A stretch of 64,000 nt of DNA from Nitrosopumilaceae archaeon (GTDB lineage Archaea; Thermoproteota; Nitrososphaeria; Nitrososphaerales; Nitrosopumilaceae): NCBI GenBank assembly GCA_965203465.1, contig CBDBCR010000001.1, positions 544,001 through 608,000 of the forward strand, given 5' to 3'. A program made the translations under genes and the position numbers. The notes below the pieces were generated by a model, which was not told the origin of the DNA, made no database searches, and saw nothing but the letters and a program-made list of their open reading frames with translations. This document shows positions 20,650 through 30,505 of the stretch, one piece after another; positions within the stretch are counted from its first letter, which is position 1; each line of letters starts with the position of its first letter.

Positions 20650-21657
20650 CTAGTTGGTCCTCGCAAGCTGCCCGCCGCGCACCTCGAACTCGGCCACCAC
20701 GCCCCCGGCGCTGACGCTGACCCTGCCCGTCCGGGGATCCACGCTGACCGCCGGCGAGACTGCCGCGGACGCCGAGTCGCTCAGCTCGGGCGCGTCGCCC
20801 GCCCGCGCCTCGGTCTGCAGGCCCAGCCCGGCAGAGATGCGGTTCATCTGCTCCTGCGAAAGCTCCAGCTGCGCCACGTACGCGGCGCGCGCCTCGGCGC
20901 GCGTGCCGCCCGACTCGAGCGCGGCGGCCATGGCCGCGCGCGCCCTGCCCAGCGCCTCGGCAGAGTGCTCCAGCTGCCCCTCGATGATTCCGCGCACCGA
21001 CTTGTCCAGGCCGGAGACGAACCTGTCGTACCTCCACCCCTCGTACGAGCCGGCGCCCGGCGCCCTCTCTTCGATGGCCCTCAGCAGCGCGATGTGGGCC
21101 TGCGCCCTGCGCTCCTCGGCGAGGCGGCCGCTTTCCGCCTCGGCGGCCTCGCGCGCCAGCGCCTCGCGGTACTCGGACGCCATCGACGCGTAGTGCCGGT
21201 ACAGCACCAAGCCGAGCGGGTCGCCGGCATAGTCGGATTCTGTGGAGGCTAGGTAGCGCTGCGCGGTGGGCGTGTCCAGCTGGCGGGCGAGCTCGGCCGA
21301 GCGCAGCACCTTGCCGGAGACCTGCAGGTGCTCGCTCGCGGCCCCGTACCTCTGCCCGTCGGTGAACGAAACGTTGGCTACGTGCGTGCCGGGCAGGCCG
21401 TCAAAGCCGCCCAGCGCCACCCGGAACGCGCCGTCCTGCCCGCTCACCGCCGTGGCGGAGACGGCGCCAAGCCTGACGGTCACCTCGGCGCCCGGGACCG
21501 GATCGCCGGCGTGGTCCACCAGCCTGCCAGAGACGGCCGGAGCCTGCCCCGGCTCGAGCACCGTCGATTCCAGGCCGCCTTCCAGCAGTATGTCCCAGAG
21601 CTGGCCGTGCGCGGCCAGGGGCGCCAGGGCCAGGAGCGCCAGCAGTGCCGCCTTCAC
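20650..21657 (-). CDS. Exported protein with carboxypeptidase-regulatory-like/Ig domain
   Basis: Signal peptide; 'VSGRLVDHAGDPVPGAEVTV...DGAF'. Confidence 0.7.
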   Translation of the reverse strand: MKAALLALLALAPLAAHGQLWDILLEGGLESTVLEPGQAPAVSGRLVDHAGDPVPGAEVTVRLGAVSATAVSGQDGAFRVALGGFDGLPGTHVANVSFTDGQRYGAASEHLQVSGKVLRSAELARQLDTPTAQRYLASTESDYAGDPLGLVLYRHYASMASEYREALAREAAEAESGRLAEERRAQAHIALLRAIEERAPGAGSYEGWRYDRFVSGLDKSVRGIIEGQLEHSAEALGRARAAMAAALESGGTRAEARAAYVAQLELSQEQMNRISAGLGLQTEARAGDAPELSDSASAAVSPAVSVDPRTGRVSVSAGGVVAEFEVRGGQLARTN

Positions 21658-21755
21658 GCGCACGTATCGCCGTGTTCCCTTAAAGGGCCCGCGGAGGCGG
21701 CTTCGGGGCGGGGCCGCCCGATCCGAAATAAATAGGCGGGCTGGCCAAGCGGCCC

Positions 21756-22415
21756 GTGAGGGTCGGGATCGTGGTCTTTCCCGGAAGCAACTGCGATCGC
21801 GACATGCACAGGGCGCTCTCGCTGCACGGCCACGAGCCGGTGTACTGCTGGCACGCGGATCCCCTTCCGCGCCTGGACGCGGCGGTGCTGCCCGGCGGCT
21901 TTTCGTACGGCGACCGGCTCAGGGCCGGGGCCATCGCGGCCAGCAGCCCGGCCGTTCCGGCGGTGCGCCGCATGGCGGAGCGCGGCAAGCCGATCCTGGG
22001 CGTGTGCAACGGCTTTCAGATACTGGCAGAGGCGGGCCTGCTGCCCGGCGCCCTGCTGCCAAACGATCCGCCCGGGTTCGAGTGCAGCTGGGTCGGGCTG
22101 GACGTGGAAAACTCGTCCACGCCGTTCACGCGCGGCATGCCCGCAAAGACCCGCATGCCGGTGGCATGCGGCGAGGGCAGGTACCACGCGGACGCGCGGA
22201 CGGTCGAAGAACTGGAGCGCGCCGGCAGGATAGTCTTCCGGTACTCGGGCAGCGTCAACGGCTCGGCCGGCGGCATCGCCGGCGTCTGCAGCGAAGACGG
22301 CAACGTGCTGGGCATGATGCCGCACCCAGAGCGCGCCTGCGAGCCGCAGACCGACCCGCTCGGCGAGGGGCCCTCGTCGGCCATGTTCGAATCGCTAAAG
22401 GGGGGAGGGCCGTGA
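21756..22415 (+). CDS. purQ: FGAM synthase subunit PurQ
   Basis: VFPGSNCDRD, GGFSYGD, GVCNGFQIL, MMPHPER. Confidence 0.95.
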   Translation: MRVGIVVFPGSNCDRDMHRALSLHGHEPVYCWHADPLPRLDAAVLPGGFSYGDRLRAGAIAASSPAVPAVRRMAERGKPILGVCNGFQILAEAGLLPGALLPNDPPGFECSWVGLDVENSSTPFTRGMPAKTRMPVACGEGRYHADARTVEELERAGRIVFRYSGSVNGSAGGIAGVCSEDGNVLGMMPHPERACEPQTDPLGEGPSSAMFESLKGGGP

Positions 22416-24559
22416 GCCTCGACGGCGCGGAGCTTGACCACCTGCGGTCGCGCCTGCGCCGCGAGCCGAGCGAGGCAGAGCTGCACATCGTCTCGGCGGA
22501 ATGGTCGGAGCACTGCTCGTACAAGTCCTCGCGCCGCCACCTGTCCGCGCTGCCCTCCTCGGGCAGGCTGGTCATACGCGAAAGGGGGCACGACTCGGGG
22601 GCGCTCGACGCGGGCGGCGGGTACGTCGTGACGGTCCACATCGAGAGCCACAACCACCCGTCGGCCGTCGAGCCGTACGGCGGGGCGGCAACCGGCGTGG
22701 GCGGCGTGGTGCGCGACATACTCTCGTCGGGCACGCGCCCGGCCGCCGTGCTCGACGGGCTGCGCTTCGGGGATCTGGATTCGGATCCGCACGCGGCCTG
22801 GCTGCTGCGCGGAACGGTCGCCGGCATATCCGACTACGGCAACTGCATCGGGGTGCCTACGGTGGGCGGCGAGATAGGATCCGATCCGTCCTTCGGGGGT
22901 TACGCCATGGTGGACGTGGCCGCCGTGGGGCTGGGCAGAAAAAGCGACCTGATCAAGAACCGAGCCTCGCCCGGCGACTTGGTCGCGCTGATGGGCGGCC
23001 CCACGGGCATGGACGGGGTGGGCGGCGCCGAGTTTGCCTCCGACCAGCTGGAATCGGAGGACCGCTCCGCGGTGCAGATACCCGACCCGTTCGTCGAAAA
23101 GCTGCTGATCGAGGCGTTTTTGGAGGCAAACTCGTCGGGCATAATAAAGGCCGCAAAGGATCTGGGCGGCGGCGGGCTCTCGTGCGCCGTCTCCGAGACG
23201 GCAGACTCGCTGGGGGTGGGCATAGAGGTGGACGTGCGCTCGGTGCACCTGCGCGGCGGCTCGATGGAACCGCGCCACGTGATGACCTCCGAGTCGCAGG
23301 AGCGCATGATGGTCATAACGTCGAAGGCGGGCATGGAAAAGCTGCGCCGCGTCTGCGCGAGGCACGGCGTGCCCGTGTCCGCGATAGGGAGGGTCACCGG
23401 CGACGGCATCATGAGGGTGAGGGACGGCGGCAGGACCGTCGCCGAGATGCCCGCGGAGACGGTGGCAAACGCGCAGCCCCTCGACAGGCCCGCCTCGAGG
23501 CCCGCGTACCTGGACGGCATACCGCAAGAGCCGGATCTGCCCGAGCTGGACGCCTCGGAGTCGCTGCTGCGCCTGCTTGCCTCGCCCAACATATCTAGCA
23601 AGGAGGGAATATACAGGAAGTACGACCACGAGGTGGGGCTGCGCACGGTCGCAAAGCCGGGCGGCGACGCGGCGGTGCTGCGCATGGACAACGGCAGGTT
23701 CCTGGCCGTCTCGATGGACGGCAATCCGCGGCACTGCTATGTGGATCCGCGCGCCGGCGCGGCCGGGTGCTTTGACGAGGCGTGCAGGAACGTCGCGTGC
23801 GCCGGCGCCGAGCCTGCCGGCATGGTCGACCACCTGCAGTTCGGCGATCCCGGCGATCCGGGGGTCTTTTGGTGCTTTCTCGAATCGCTTGGCGGCATAG
23901 CAGAGTACGCGCGCGCGGCCGGCATCCCCTGCGTGGGAGGCAAGGTGAGCCTGTACAACGAGACGGCCTCGGGCCCCATAAAGCCCTCGCCGGTGCTGTG
24001 CGTGCTGGGGTTTTCCGACTCCGCGCCGCCGCGCGGGGGCGCGCGCGAGGGGGACCGCATGATAATGGCCGGGTACACGCGCGACGAGATGGGCGGATCC
24101 GAGTACTTTGAGCACGTGCACGGCGTGACGGCCGGCAGGTGCCCGCGCGCCGACGCGGCCGCCTCTGCCGCCTCGGCCCGCGCCGTCTCAAAGCTGGTCC
24201 GCGCCGGCGCGGTGCGCGCCGCGCACGACTGCTCACACGGCGGGCTGGCGGTGGCGGCAGCCGAGATGTGCATCGCGGCCGGCACCGGCTGCTCGGTGCG
24301 GGCTGGCAGCGTGCCGTCCGCGCGCATGGCCGGCGACCGGCTCCTGTTCTCGGAGAGCCACTCGCGGTACCTGCTGGCAGCCGAGCCGCGAAAGTCGGCC
24401 CGCGTGGTGGAGCGGCTGCGCTCGGCGGGCGCGCGGGCAGCCGAGGTGGGCAGGTTCGGCGGCTCGCAGATTTCGTTCGCGCGCGGCGGATCCGCGATAG
24501 CAAGCGTAAGCGTTGATAAGGCGCGCACGGAGTGGTCGGGAGGGCATGGGCAGCGCTAG
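22412..24559 (+). CDS. purL: FGAM synthase subunit PurL
   Basis: WSEHCSYKSS, ESHNHPS, SESQERM, GGKVSLYN. Confidence 0.95.
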   Translation: MSLDGAELDHLRSRLRREPSEAELHIVSAEWSEHCSYKSSRRHLSALPSSGRLVIRERGHDSGALDAGGGYVVTVHIESHNHPSAVEPYGGAATGVGGVVRDILSSGTRPAAVLDGLRFGDLDSDPHAAWLLRGTVAGISDYGNCIGVPTVGGEIGSDPSFGGYAMVDVAAVGLGRKSDLIKNRASPGDLVALMGGPTGMDGVGGAEFASDQLESEDRSAVQIPDPFVEKLLIEAFLEANSSGIIKAAKDLGGGGLSCAVSETADSLGVGIEVDVRSVHLRGGSMEPRHVMTSESQERMMVITSKAGMEKLRRVCARHGVPVSAIGRVTGDGIMRVRDGGRTVAEMPAETVANAQPLDRPASRPAYLDGIPQEPDLPELDASESLLRLLASPNISSKEGIYRKYDHEVGLRTVAKPGGDAAVLRMDNGRFLAVSMDGNPRHCYVDPRAGAAGCFDEACRNVACAGAEPAGMVDHLQFGDPGDPGVFWCFLESLGGIAEYARAAGIPCVGGKVSLYNETASGPIKPSPVLCVLGFSDSAPPRGGAREGDRMIMAGYTRDEMGGSEYFEHVHGVTAGRCPRADAAASAASARAVSKLVRAGAVRAAHDCSHGGLAVAAAEMCIAAGTGCSVRAGSVPSARMAGDRLLFSESHSRYLLAAEPRKSARVVERLRSAGARAAEVGRFGGSQISFARGGSAIASVSVDKARTEWSGGHGQR

Positions 24560-25979
24560 GGAAAACTGCGGCGTGGTTGGCATATACAGCGCCTCGGGGG
24601 CCAACGTTGTCCCCATGGTCATAGACGCGCTGCGGGCCCTGCAGCACAGGGGCCAGGAGGCCTGGGGCGTGGCCGTGCCCGGCAAGGCGCCGCTAAAAAA
24701 GACGGGCCTAGTCTCGTCTGCCTCCTCGGAGCTCAAAAAGATAGCATCGGAGTACAGCTCGCCGTGCGCCATAGGGCACACGCGGTACTCGACGATGGGG
24801 CGCAGCTCGCTCGAGAACGCCCAGCCGCTGCGCGTCAAGGATCTGTGCGTGGCGCACAACGGCACCATCGCCAACGCCGAGGAGGTGGCCATGGTGGGCG
24901 GCTGCTCGTTCACGCCGCAAAACTCCAGCGACACGATGGTGGCGGCGCAGAGGCTCGTCTCGCTGATCTCCGAAAAGGGCGGCATGGGAAGGGCGCTGTC
25001 GGTTCTGAAGGACGAGATGGCCGGCTCGTACTGCTTTACGTTCATCACCGACGACGGCTCGGTGTACGCGGCGCGCGACCCGCTCGGCTTCCGCCCGATG
25101 GTTCTGGGCCGCAAGGGCGACGCGTTCGTGGCCGCCTCGGAGTCGTCGGCGCTCATGGCAGTCGGCGCCGAACTGTTGCGCAACGTCGAGCCGGGCGAGC
25201 TGGTCCGGTTCGGCGGCGGCGGCATGCAGTCCGAGAAGTTCTCCGACGAAAAGCGCCGCGCGCACTGCTCGTTCGAGTTTACGTATTTCGCGCACCCGTC
25301 CAGCAAGATGGAGGGCTCCAACATATACCAGGCGCGCAAGAACATCGGCAGGTACCTGGCCAAAAAGTTCCCCCTGGACGCCGACCTGGTCATACCGGTG
25401 CCCGACTCTGCGAGGCCGGCCGCGCTCGGGTACGCCCAAGAGTCGGGCATCGAGTTCGACGAGGGCCTGCTCAAGGACAGGTACAGCAAAAAGGGCCCGC
25501 TGCGCAGCTTTATCGAGCCGCACCAGAGCGACCGCGTCGAGATAAACAGGTGGATAATACCGATATCGGAGATCATACGCGGCAGGCACGTCGTGGTGAT
25601 AGACGACAGCCTGGTGCGCGGGACCAGCTCGCGCGCCATAGTCAAGGCGCTCCGCAGGGCCGGCGCCGAAAAGATAAGCATGCTCATAACCTACCCGCCC
25701 ATAACGTACCCGTGCTACGCGGGCATCGACTTTCCGTCCCGCGAAGAGCTCGCCGCGTACTCGGAAAAAGGGGGCGATCCGGTCGAGCGGGTCAGGCAGT
25801 CGATAGGCGCCGACTTTCTGGGGTACAACGACGCGCAGAACCTGGCCGACGCCATCGGGATGCCGCGGGATTCGCTGTGCTTTACGTGCCATACCGGCGA
25901 CTACGGCGCGCTGGGCATACGGCCCGACTTTGGGGCGCGCGGGCAGGTGAGGGCGGACGGTCCGCGCGCGCGGCCCTGA
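24546..25979 (+). CDS. purF: Amidophosphoribosyltransferase
   Basis: CGVVG, LQHRGQE, DDSLVRGT. Confidence 0.95.
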   Translation: MGSARENCGVVGIYSASGANVVPMVIDALRALQHRGQEAWGVAVPGKAPLKKTGLVSSASSELKKIASEYSSPCAIGHTRYSTMGRSSLENAQPLRVKDLCVAHNGTIANAEEVAMVGGCSFTPQNSSDTMVAAQRLVSLISEKGGMGRALSVLKDEMAGSYCFTFITDDGSVYAARDPLGFRPMVLGRKGDAFVAASESSALMAVGAELLRNVEPGELVRFGGGGMQSEKFSDEKRRAHCSFEFTYFAHPSSKMEGSNIYQARKNIGRYLAKKFPLDADLVIPVPDSARPAALGYAQESGIEFDEGLLKDRYSKKGPLRSFIEPHQSDRVEINRWIIPISEIIRGRHVVVIDDSLVRGTSSRAIVKALRRAGAEKISMLITYPPITYPCYAGIDFPSREELAAYSEKGGDPVERVRQSIGADFLGYNDAQNLADAIGMPRDSLCFTCHTGDYGALGIRPDFGARGQVRADGPRARP

Positions 25980-26025
25980 CGCCGCGCGCAGGGGGCAGGA
26001 CGCGTGCGGGTGGGCAGCCTCGCGC

Positions 26026-27252
26026 ATGCCCGTGCTCTCGGCGATGCTCGAGCGCATGGCCCCCGGCCTGCCGCTCAAGGGGGCCCGCATAGCCTCGTGC
26101 CTGCAGCTCACCAAGGAGACGGGCGTGCTGCTAGCCGGCGCGCAGAGGCTCGGGGCCCGCGTGACCGCATCGTCGGGCAACCCGCTGACAACGCAGGACG
26201 ACGTGGCCTCGTACCTGCGCAAGCTGGGAATGTGCGTGCACGGCAGGTCGGGGCAGAGCCGCGCCGAGTTCGAGGGGTGCCTTATGCGCGCCGCGCGCAG
26301 CGGGCCGACCATAGTCGCAGACGACGGGGGCCAGCTGCTGCGCCTCGTCGGGCGCGGGCCGATGGGCGGCACCGAGGAGACGCGCACCGGCGCGGTGCGC
26401 GCTAGGGCCGCGCACAGATCCGGCTCGCTGCCTTACCCCGTCGTCGTGGTGGACGAGGCGCGCACCAAGCGCCTCTTCGACAGCAGGCTCGGCACGGGCC
26501 AGAGCGCACTCGACGGGCTCTTGCGCGCAGCCGGCCTGTCCATGTCGGGCCGCGCCGCGGTGGCAGGATACGGCATGGTGGGGCGCGGCGTGGCGCGCAG
26601 GTGCCGCGCGATGGGCTCGCAGGTGACCGTGACCGAGACGGACCCGCGCGCGGCCCTCGAGGCGGCCATGGACGGCTTTCGCGTCGAGCCGATGGGCAGG
26701 GCCGCGCGGAGCGCAAGGCGCATAGTCACGTGCACGGGCATGAAGGGCGTAGTCTCGGGCGCGCACCTCGGGCGCCTGAGGCGGGGCGCCGTGCTGGCCA
26801 ACGCGGGGCACTTTGACGTGGAGATCGACGCCGGGCGCATGCTGCAAGGCAGGACGCGCAGCCCGCGGAGGCACCTGGACGAGTGCCGGTGCGGCGGAAG
26901 CGCCGCGTACCTGGTCTCGAAGGGCAGGGTCGCCAACCTGTCGGCGGCCGAGGGGCACCCGCCCGAAATAATGGATCTTTCGTTCGCCGGCCAGCTGCTC
27001 TCCATGGTGTACATACACCGCTCGGCAGGCGGCCTGCCGCTCGGGGTGTCCCCGATGCCCTCCGATCTGGACGAGCAGGTGGCGCGCGCGTGCCTTGCCG
27101 CGCTCGGCGCCGCGCGGGCCGGCGCGGGCCGGCGCGCCGGGCGACAGGCGGGCCGTTTTTCCGCGCCTGCGCACCCCGGGGCGCGGCGCAGGTTTATCAA
27201 GGCGGCCCCGGGCGGCCGCGCCGTTGGGGGCCACGGTGATATTCGACTTTGA
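26026..27252 (+). CDS. ahcY: Adenosylhomocysteinase-like protein, degenerate (possible pseudogene)
   Basis: NPLTTQDD, DDGG, GTGQS, GHFDVEID, EGHPPEIMDLSF present, but several conserved residues are altered and both ends are aberrant. Confidence 0.8.
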   Translation: MPVLSAMLERMAPGLPLKGARIASCLQLTKETGVLLAGAQRLGARVTASSGNPLTTQDDVASYLRKLGMCVHGRSGQSRAEFEGCLMRAARSGPTIVADDGGQLLRLVGRGPMGGTEETRTGAVRARAAHRSGSLPYPVVVVDEARTKRLFDSRLGTGQSALDGLLRAAGLSMSGRAAVAGYGMVGRGVARRCRAMGSQVTVTETDPRAALEAAMDGFRVEPMGRAARSARRIVTCTGMKGVVSGAHLGRLRRGAVLANAGHFDVEIDAGRMLQGRTRSPRRHLDECRCGGSAAYLVSKGRVANLSAAEGHPPEIMDLSFAGQLLSMVYIHRSAGGLPLGVSPMPSDLDEQVARACLAALGAARAGAGRRAGRQAGRFSAPAHPGARRRFIKAAPGGRAVGGHGDIRL

Positions 27253-27844
27253 CGGCACGCTCGCCGACTCCATGCAGCTGTTCATAGACGCGGTCAACAA
27301 GTCGGCGGCCCGCCTGCACCACGGCGCCATAGATCCGGGCGAGGTCGCGATGCTGCGCGACAGGCACCCGCGCCAGATACTCCGGCACCTGCGCATACCG
27401 CTGCTGAAGCTGCCCCTCGTGATGAGGGGGGTAAGAAAGGAGGTTGGCAGGGGCGTCGCGCGCGCGCGGCCCGCCGCCGACATGGCAGGCACGCTGGGCC
27501 GCCTCAAGGAGCGGGGCTGCCGCATCGGGATACTCACGTCCAACGCCGAGCGCAGCGTCAGGGCTTTCCTAGAGGGCAACGGCATGGACGTGTTCGACTT
27601 TGTGTACTCGGGGAGGAGCGTCTTCGGCAAGGGCCGCACGCTGCGCTCCATAGCGAAGAGATCCGGCGGCAGAATATTCTACGTGGGCGACGAGGTGCGC
27701 GACATCGAGGCGGCCCGAAAGGCGCGCGCGACCATGATAGCCGTCTCGTGGGGGTTCAACACGTCCGAGGCGCTCATGCGCGAGGGACCCGACTACCTTG
27801 CCACGTCGCCCGAGCAGATAGAGCAGATAGTGCTGGGCGGATAG
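27224..27844 (+). CDS. HAD-family phosphatase
   Basis: FDFDGTLADS, YVGDE.RD, WGF. Confidence 0.9.
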   Translation: MGATVIFDFDGTLADSMQLFIDAVNKSAARLHHGAIDPGEVAMLRDRHPRQILRHLRIPLLKLPLVMRGVRKEVGRGVARARPAADMAGTLGRLKERGCRIGILTSNAERSVRAFLEGNGMDVFDFVYSGRSVFGKGRTLRSIAKRSGGRIFYVGDEVRDIEAARKARATMIAVSWGFNTSEALMREGPDYLATSPEQIEQIVLGG

Positions 27845-27875
27845 GTATATACCGGAACCGGCGGGCGCGCGCCCG

Positions 27876-28415
27876 GTGAGCAAGAACCTCTGGCACGACG
27901 TGGAGACGGGGATAGACGTGCCCGAGATAATCAACGTGATAGTCGAGATACCCAAGGGCTCGCAGAACAAGTACGAGTACGACAAAAAGCACAACATGGT
28001 GAAACTGGACAGGGTCCTGTTCTCGCCGTTCCACTACCCGGGCGACTACGGCCTGGTGCCGCAGACGCTAGCAGACGACGGCGACCCGCTCGACGCGATG
28101 GTGCTCGTCACGGCCGCCACGTACCCGGGCATACTCATAGAGGCGCGCCCGATAGGGGTGCTGCGCATGCGCGACGAGGGCGAGCCCGACGACAAGATAA
28201 TCTGCGCGTCCACCAGCGATCCGCGCTACCTGCACACGACCGACATCTGCGACATCGAGGAGCACTACCGCGCCGAGATAGCGCACTTTTTCCAGGTGTA
28301 CAAGGACCTGGAGGGCAAAAAGGTGGAGATAGCCGGCTGGGGCTCGGCGCGCGAGGCCAAAAAGACGGTGCTCGATTCGGCCAAAAACTACAGGGAGACG
28401 CTGCAAAAGTACTGA
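27876..28415 (+). CDS. ppa: Inorganic pyrophosphatase
   Basis: EIPKGS.NKYE, DGDPLD. Confidence 0.95.
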   Translation: MSKNLWHDVETGIDVPEIINVIVEIPKGSQNKYEYDKKHNMVKLDRVLFSPFHYPGDYGLVPQTLADDGDPLDAMVLVTAATYPGILIEARPIGVLRMRDEGEPDDKIICASTSDPRYLHTTDICDIEEHYRAEIAHFFQVYKDLEGKKVEIAGWGSAREAKKTVLDSAKNYRETLQKY

Positions 28416-28456
28416 GCGTGGTAGAAATAAAAGGCGCGCCCCGGCAGCCGCGGCGG

Positions 28457-28528
28457 GCAGTTGTGGTATAGCTGGTAGCATGCTGGCTTCCCAAGCCAGC
28501 GACCCGGGTTCAAATCCCGGCAACTGCA
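28457..28528 (+). tRNA. tRNA-Gly(CCC)
   Basis: GCAGTTG/CAACTGC acceptor stem, anticodon loop TTCCCAA, GGTTCAAATCC T arm. Confidence 0.95.
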
Positions 28529-28564
28529 CATTGCTTTAAATCCGCCATGCCGCGGGGCGGAGCC

Positions 28565-30505
28565 GTGACGCGCAAATTCCGGCTGGTCTCGGAATTCGAG
28601 CCCACCGGGGATCAGCCCCAGGCCATCGAAAAGCTGGTGCGCGGGGCGCGCAAGGGCGCGGTCCAGACGCTGCTGGGCGTGACCGGCAGCGGCAAGACCT
28701 TCACGGTGGCAAACCTCGTGGAGCGCACCGGCAAGAACACGCTGGTCATATCGCACAACAAGACCCTGGCGGCCCAGCTGTACGAGGAGCTGAAGCAGTT
28801 CTTCCCACACAACAACGTGGGGTATTTCGTATCCTACTACGACTATTACCAGCCGGAAAGCTACATACCGCAGACGGACACGTACATCGAAAAGGACATC
28901 AAGATAAACGAGACCATCGAGAGGATGAGGCTGGAGGCCACGGCCATGCTCATGTCCGGCGAGCCCACGATCATAGTGGCCACCGTCTCGTGCATATACT
29001 CGCTGGGCAACCCCGACGACTGGAACGCCATGGCCGTCACATTCGAGGCGGGCGCCTCGCCGGGGCGCTCCAAAATACTGCGCAGGCTCGTCGAGGCCAT
29101 GTACGAAAGGAACGACGCCGCACCGCAGCCGGGCAAGTTCCGGGCCAAAGGCGACACCATAGACGTGGTGCCGGCCTACTCGGACGACGTCATACGCATA
29201 CAGATGTTCGGCGACGAGGTGGAGAGCATAGCGGTGCTCGACCACGTGACCATGGACGAAAAGCGCAGGGTCGGCAGGATCACGGTGTTCCCCGCGAAGC
29301 ACTACATAGTCGAAGAGTCGGTGCGGCAGAGGGCCATAGAGTCGATACGCGAGGAGCTGGAGGGGCGCCTGCCCGAGCTCGAGCTCTTGGAGCAGCAGAG
29401 GCTGCGCGAGCGCACGCGCTACGACCTCGAGATGATAGAGGAGCTGGGGTACTGCTCGGGGGTCGAAAACTACTCGCGCCACTTCGACGGGCGCAGGCCG
29501 GGCCAGAAGGCGTTCTGCCTGCTGGACTTTTTCGGCCCCGACTGCCTGCTGGTCATCGACGAATCGCACGTGACGCTGCCGCAGCTGCACGCCATGTACA
29601 AGGGCGACAAGTCGCGCAAGGACAGCCTGGTCACGCACGGCTTCCGCCTGCCTAGCGCCTACGACAACAGGCCGCTAAAGTACGAAGAGTTCGAAAAATA
29701 CATACGCAACGCGGTGTTCACCTCCGCCACGCCCGGCGACTACGAAAAGAAAATGTCGGCCAGCGTAGTCGAGCAGCTTGTCAGGCCCACCGGCCTGCTC
29801 GATCCGTCCGTCGAGGTGCGCCCCTCCGGGGGGCAGATGGACGACCTCATCTCGGAGATAAGAAAGCGCGCCGGCGCCGGCCAGCGCACCCTGGTGACCA
29901 CCCTTACGAAGCGGATGGCCGAAGACCTGGCAGAGTACCTCTCGCTAAAGGGGGTGCGGGTGAGGTACATGCACGCGGAGATAGACGGGCTCCAGCGCAC
30001 CGAGATAATACGGCAGCTGCGCCTCGGCGAGTTCGACGTGCTGGTCGGGATCAACCTGCTCAGGGAGGGCCTTGACATACCCGAGGTCTCGCTCGTCGCG
30101 ATCCTCGACGCGGACAAGGAGGGGTTTTTGCGCAACAACACCAGCCTCATACAGACGTTCGGCAGGGCCGCGCGCAACTCCGACGGGGCCGTCATAATGT
30201 ACGCCGACTCGGTGACCGGCTCGATGCGCTCGGCCATGGAAGAGACCGACAGGCGCAGGAAGAGGCAGGCAGAGTACAACCGCCTCCACAAGATACGCCC
30301 CACGACGATAGCAAAGCCGGTGCCCGAGGCGCGCGGGCAGGCAGACGACGTCAAGAACATGACGCGCCACGACCTAGAAGAATCCGCGGCCAGTCTGCGC
30401 GAGAGGATGAAAGAGTACTCGGAGCAGATGGACTTTGAGCGGGCCATCGAGTGCCGCGACCGGCTCTCGCGCATAGAGCGCCGGATGAGGGAAAAGCCGC
30501 GATGA
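28565..30505 (+). CDS. uvrB: Excinuclease ABC subunit B
   Basis: [27 protein letters not shown]. Confidence 0.97.
   Translation: MTRKFRLVSEFEPTGDQPQAIEKLVRGARKGAVQTLLGVTGSGKTFTVANLVERTGKNTLVISHNKTLAAQLYEELKQFFPHNNVGYFVSYYDYYQPESYIPQTDTYIEKDIKINETIERMRLEATAMLMSGEPTIIVATVSCIYSLGNPDDWNAMAVTFEAGASPGRSKILRRLVEAMYERNDAAPQPGKFRAKGDTIDVVPAYSDDVIRIQMFGDEVESIAVLDHVTMDEKRRVGRITVFPAKHYIVEESVRQRAIESIREELEGRLPELELLEQQRLRERTRYDLEMIEELGYCSGVENYSRHFDGRRPGQKAFCLLDFFGPDCLLVIDESHVTLPQLHAMYKGDKSRKDSLVTHGFRLPSAYDNRPLKYEEFEKYIRNAVFTSATPGDYEKKMSASVVEQLVRPTGLLDPSVEVRPSGGQMDDLISEIRKRAGAGQRTLVTTLTKRMAEDLAEYLSLKGVRVRYMHAEIDGLQRTEIIRQLRLGEFDVLVGINLLREGLDIPEVSLVAILDADKEGFLRNNTSLIQTFGRAARNSDGAVIMYADSVTGSMRSAMEETDRRRKRQAEYNRLHKIRPTTIAKPVPEARGQADDVKNMTRHDLEESAASLRERMKEYSEQMDFERAIECRDRLSRIERRMREKPR

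Noticed and set aside
21266-22411. Apparent long N-terminal extensions of PurL (also LysRS, UvrC, YyaL, HisF, 3HP-CoA ligase)
   Set aside because: Artefacts of taking the most upstream start; true starts overlap the previous gene's stop or follow a promoter.
28457-28528. tRNA genes as integration sites
   Set aside because: No duplicated tRNA 3' end or integrase seen; flanks are core genes.
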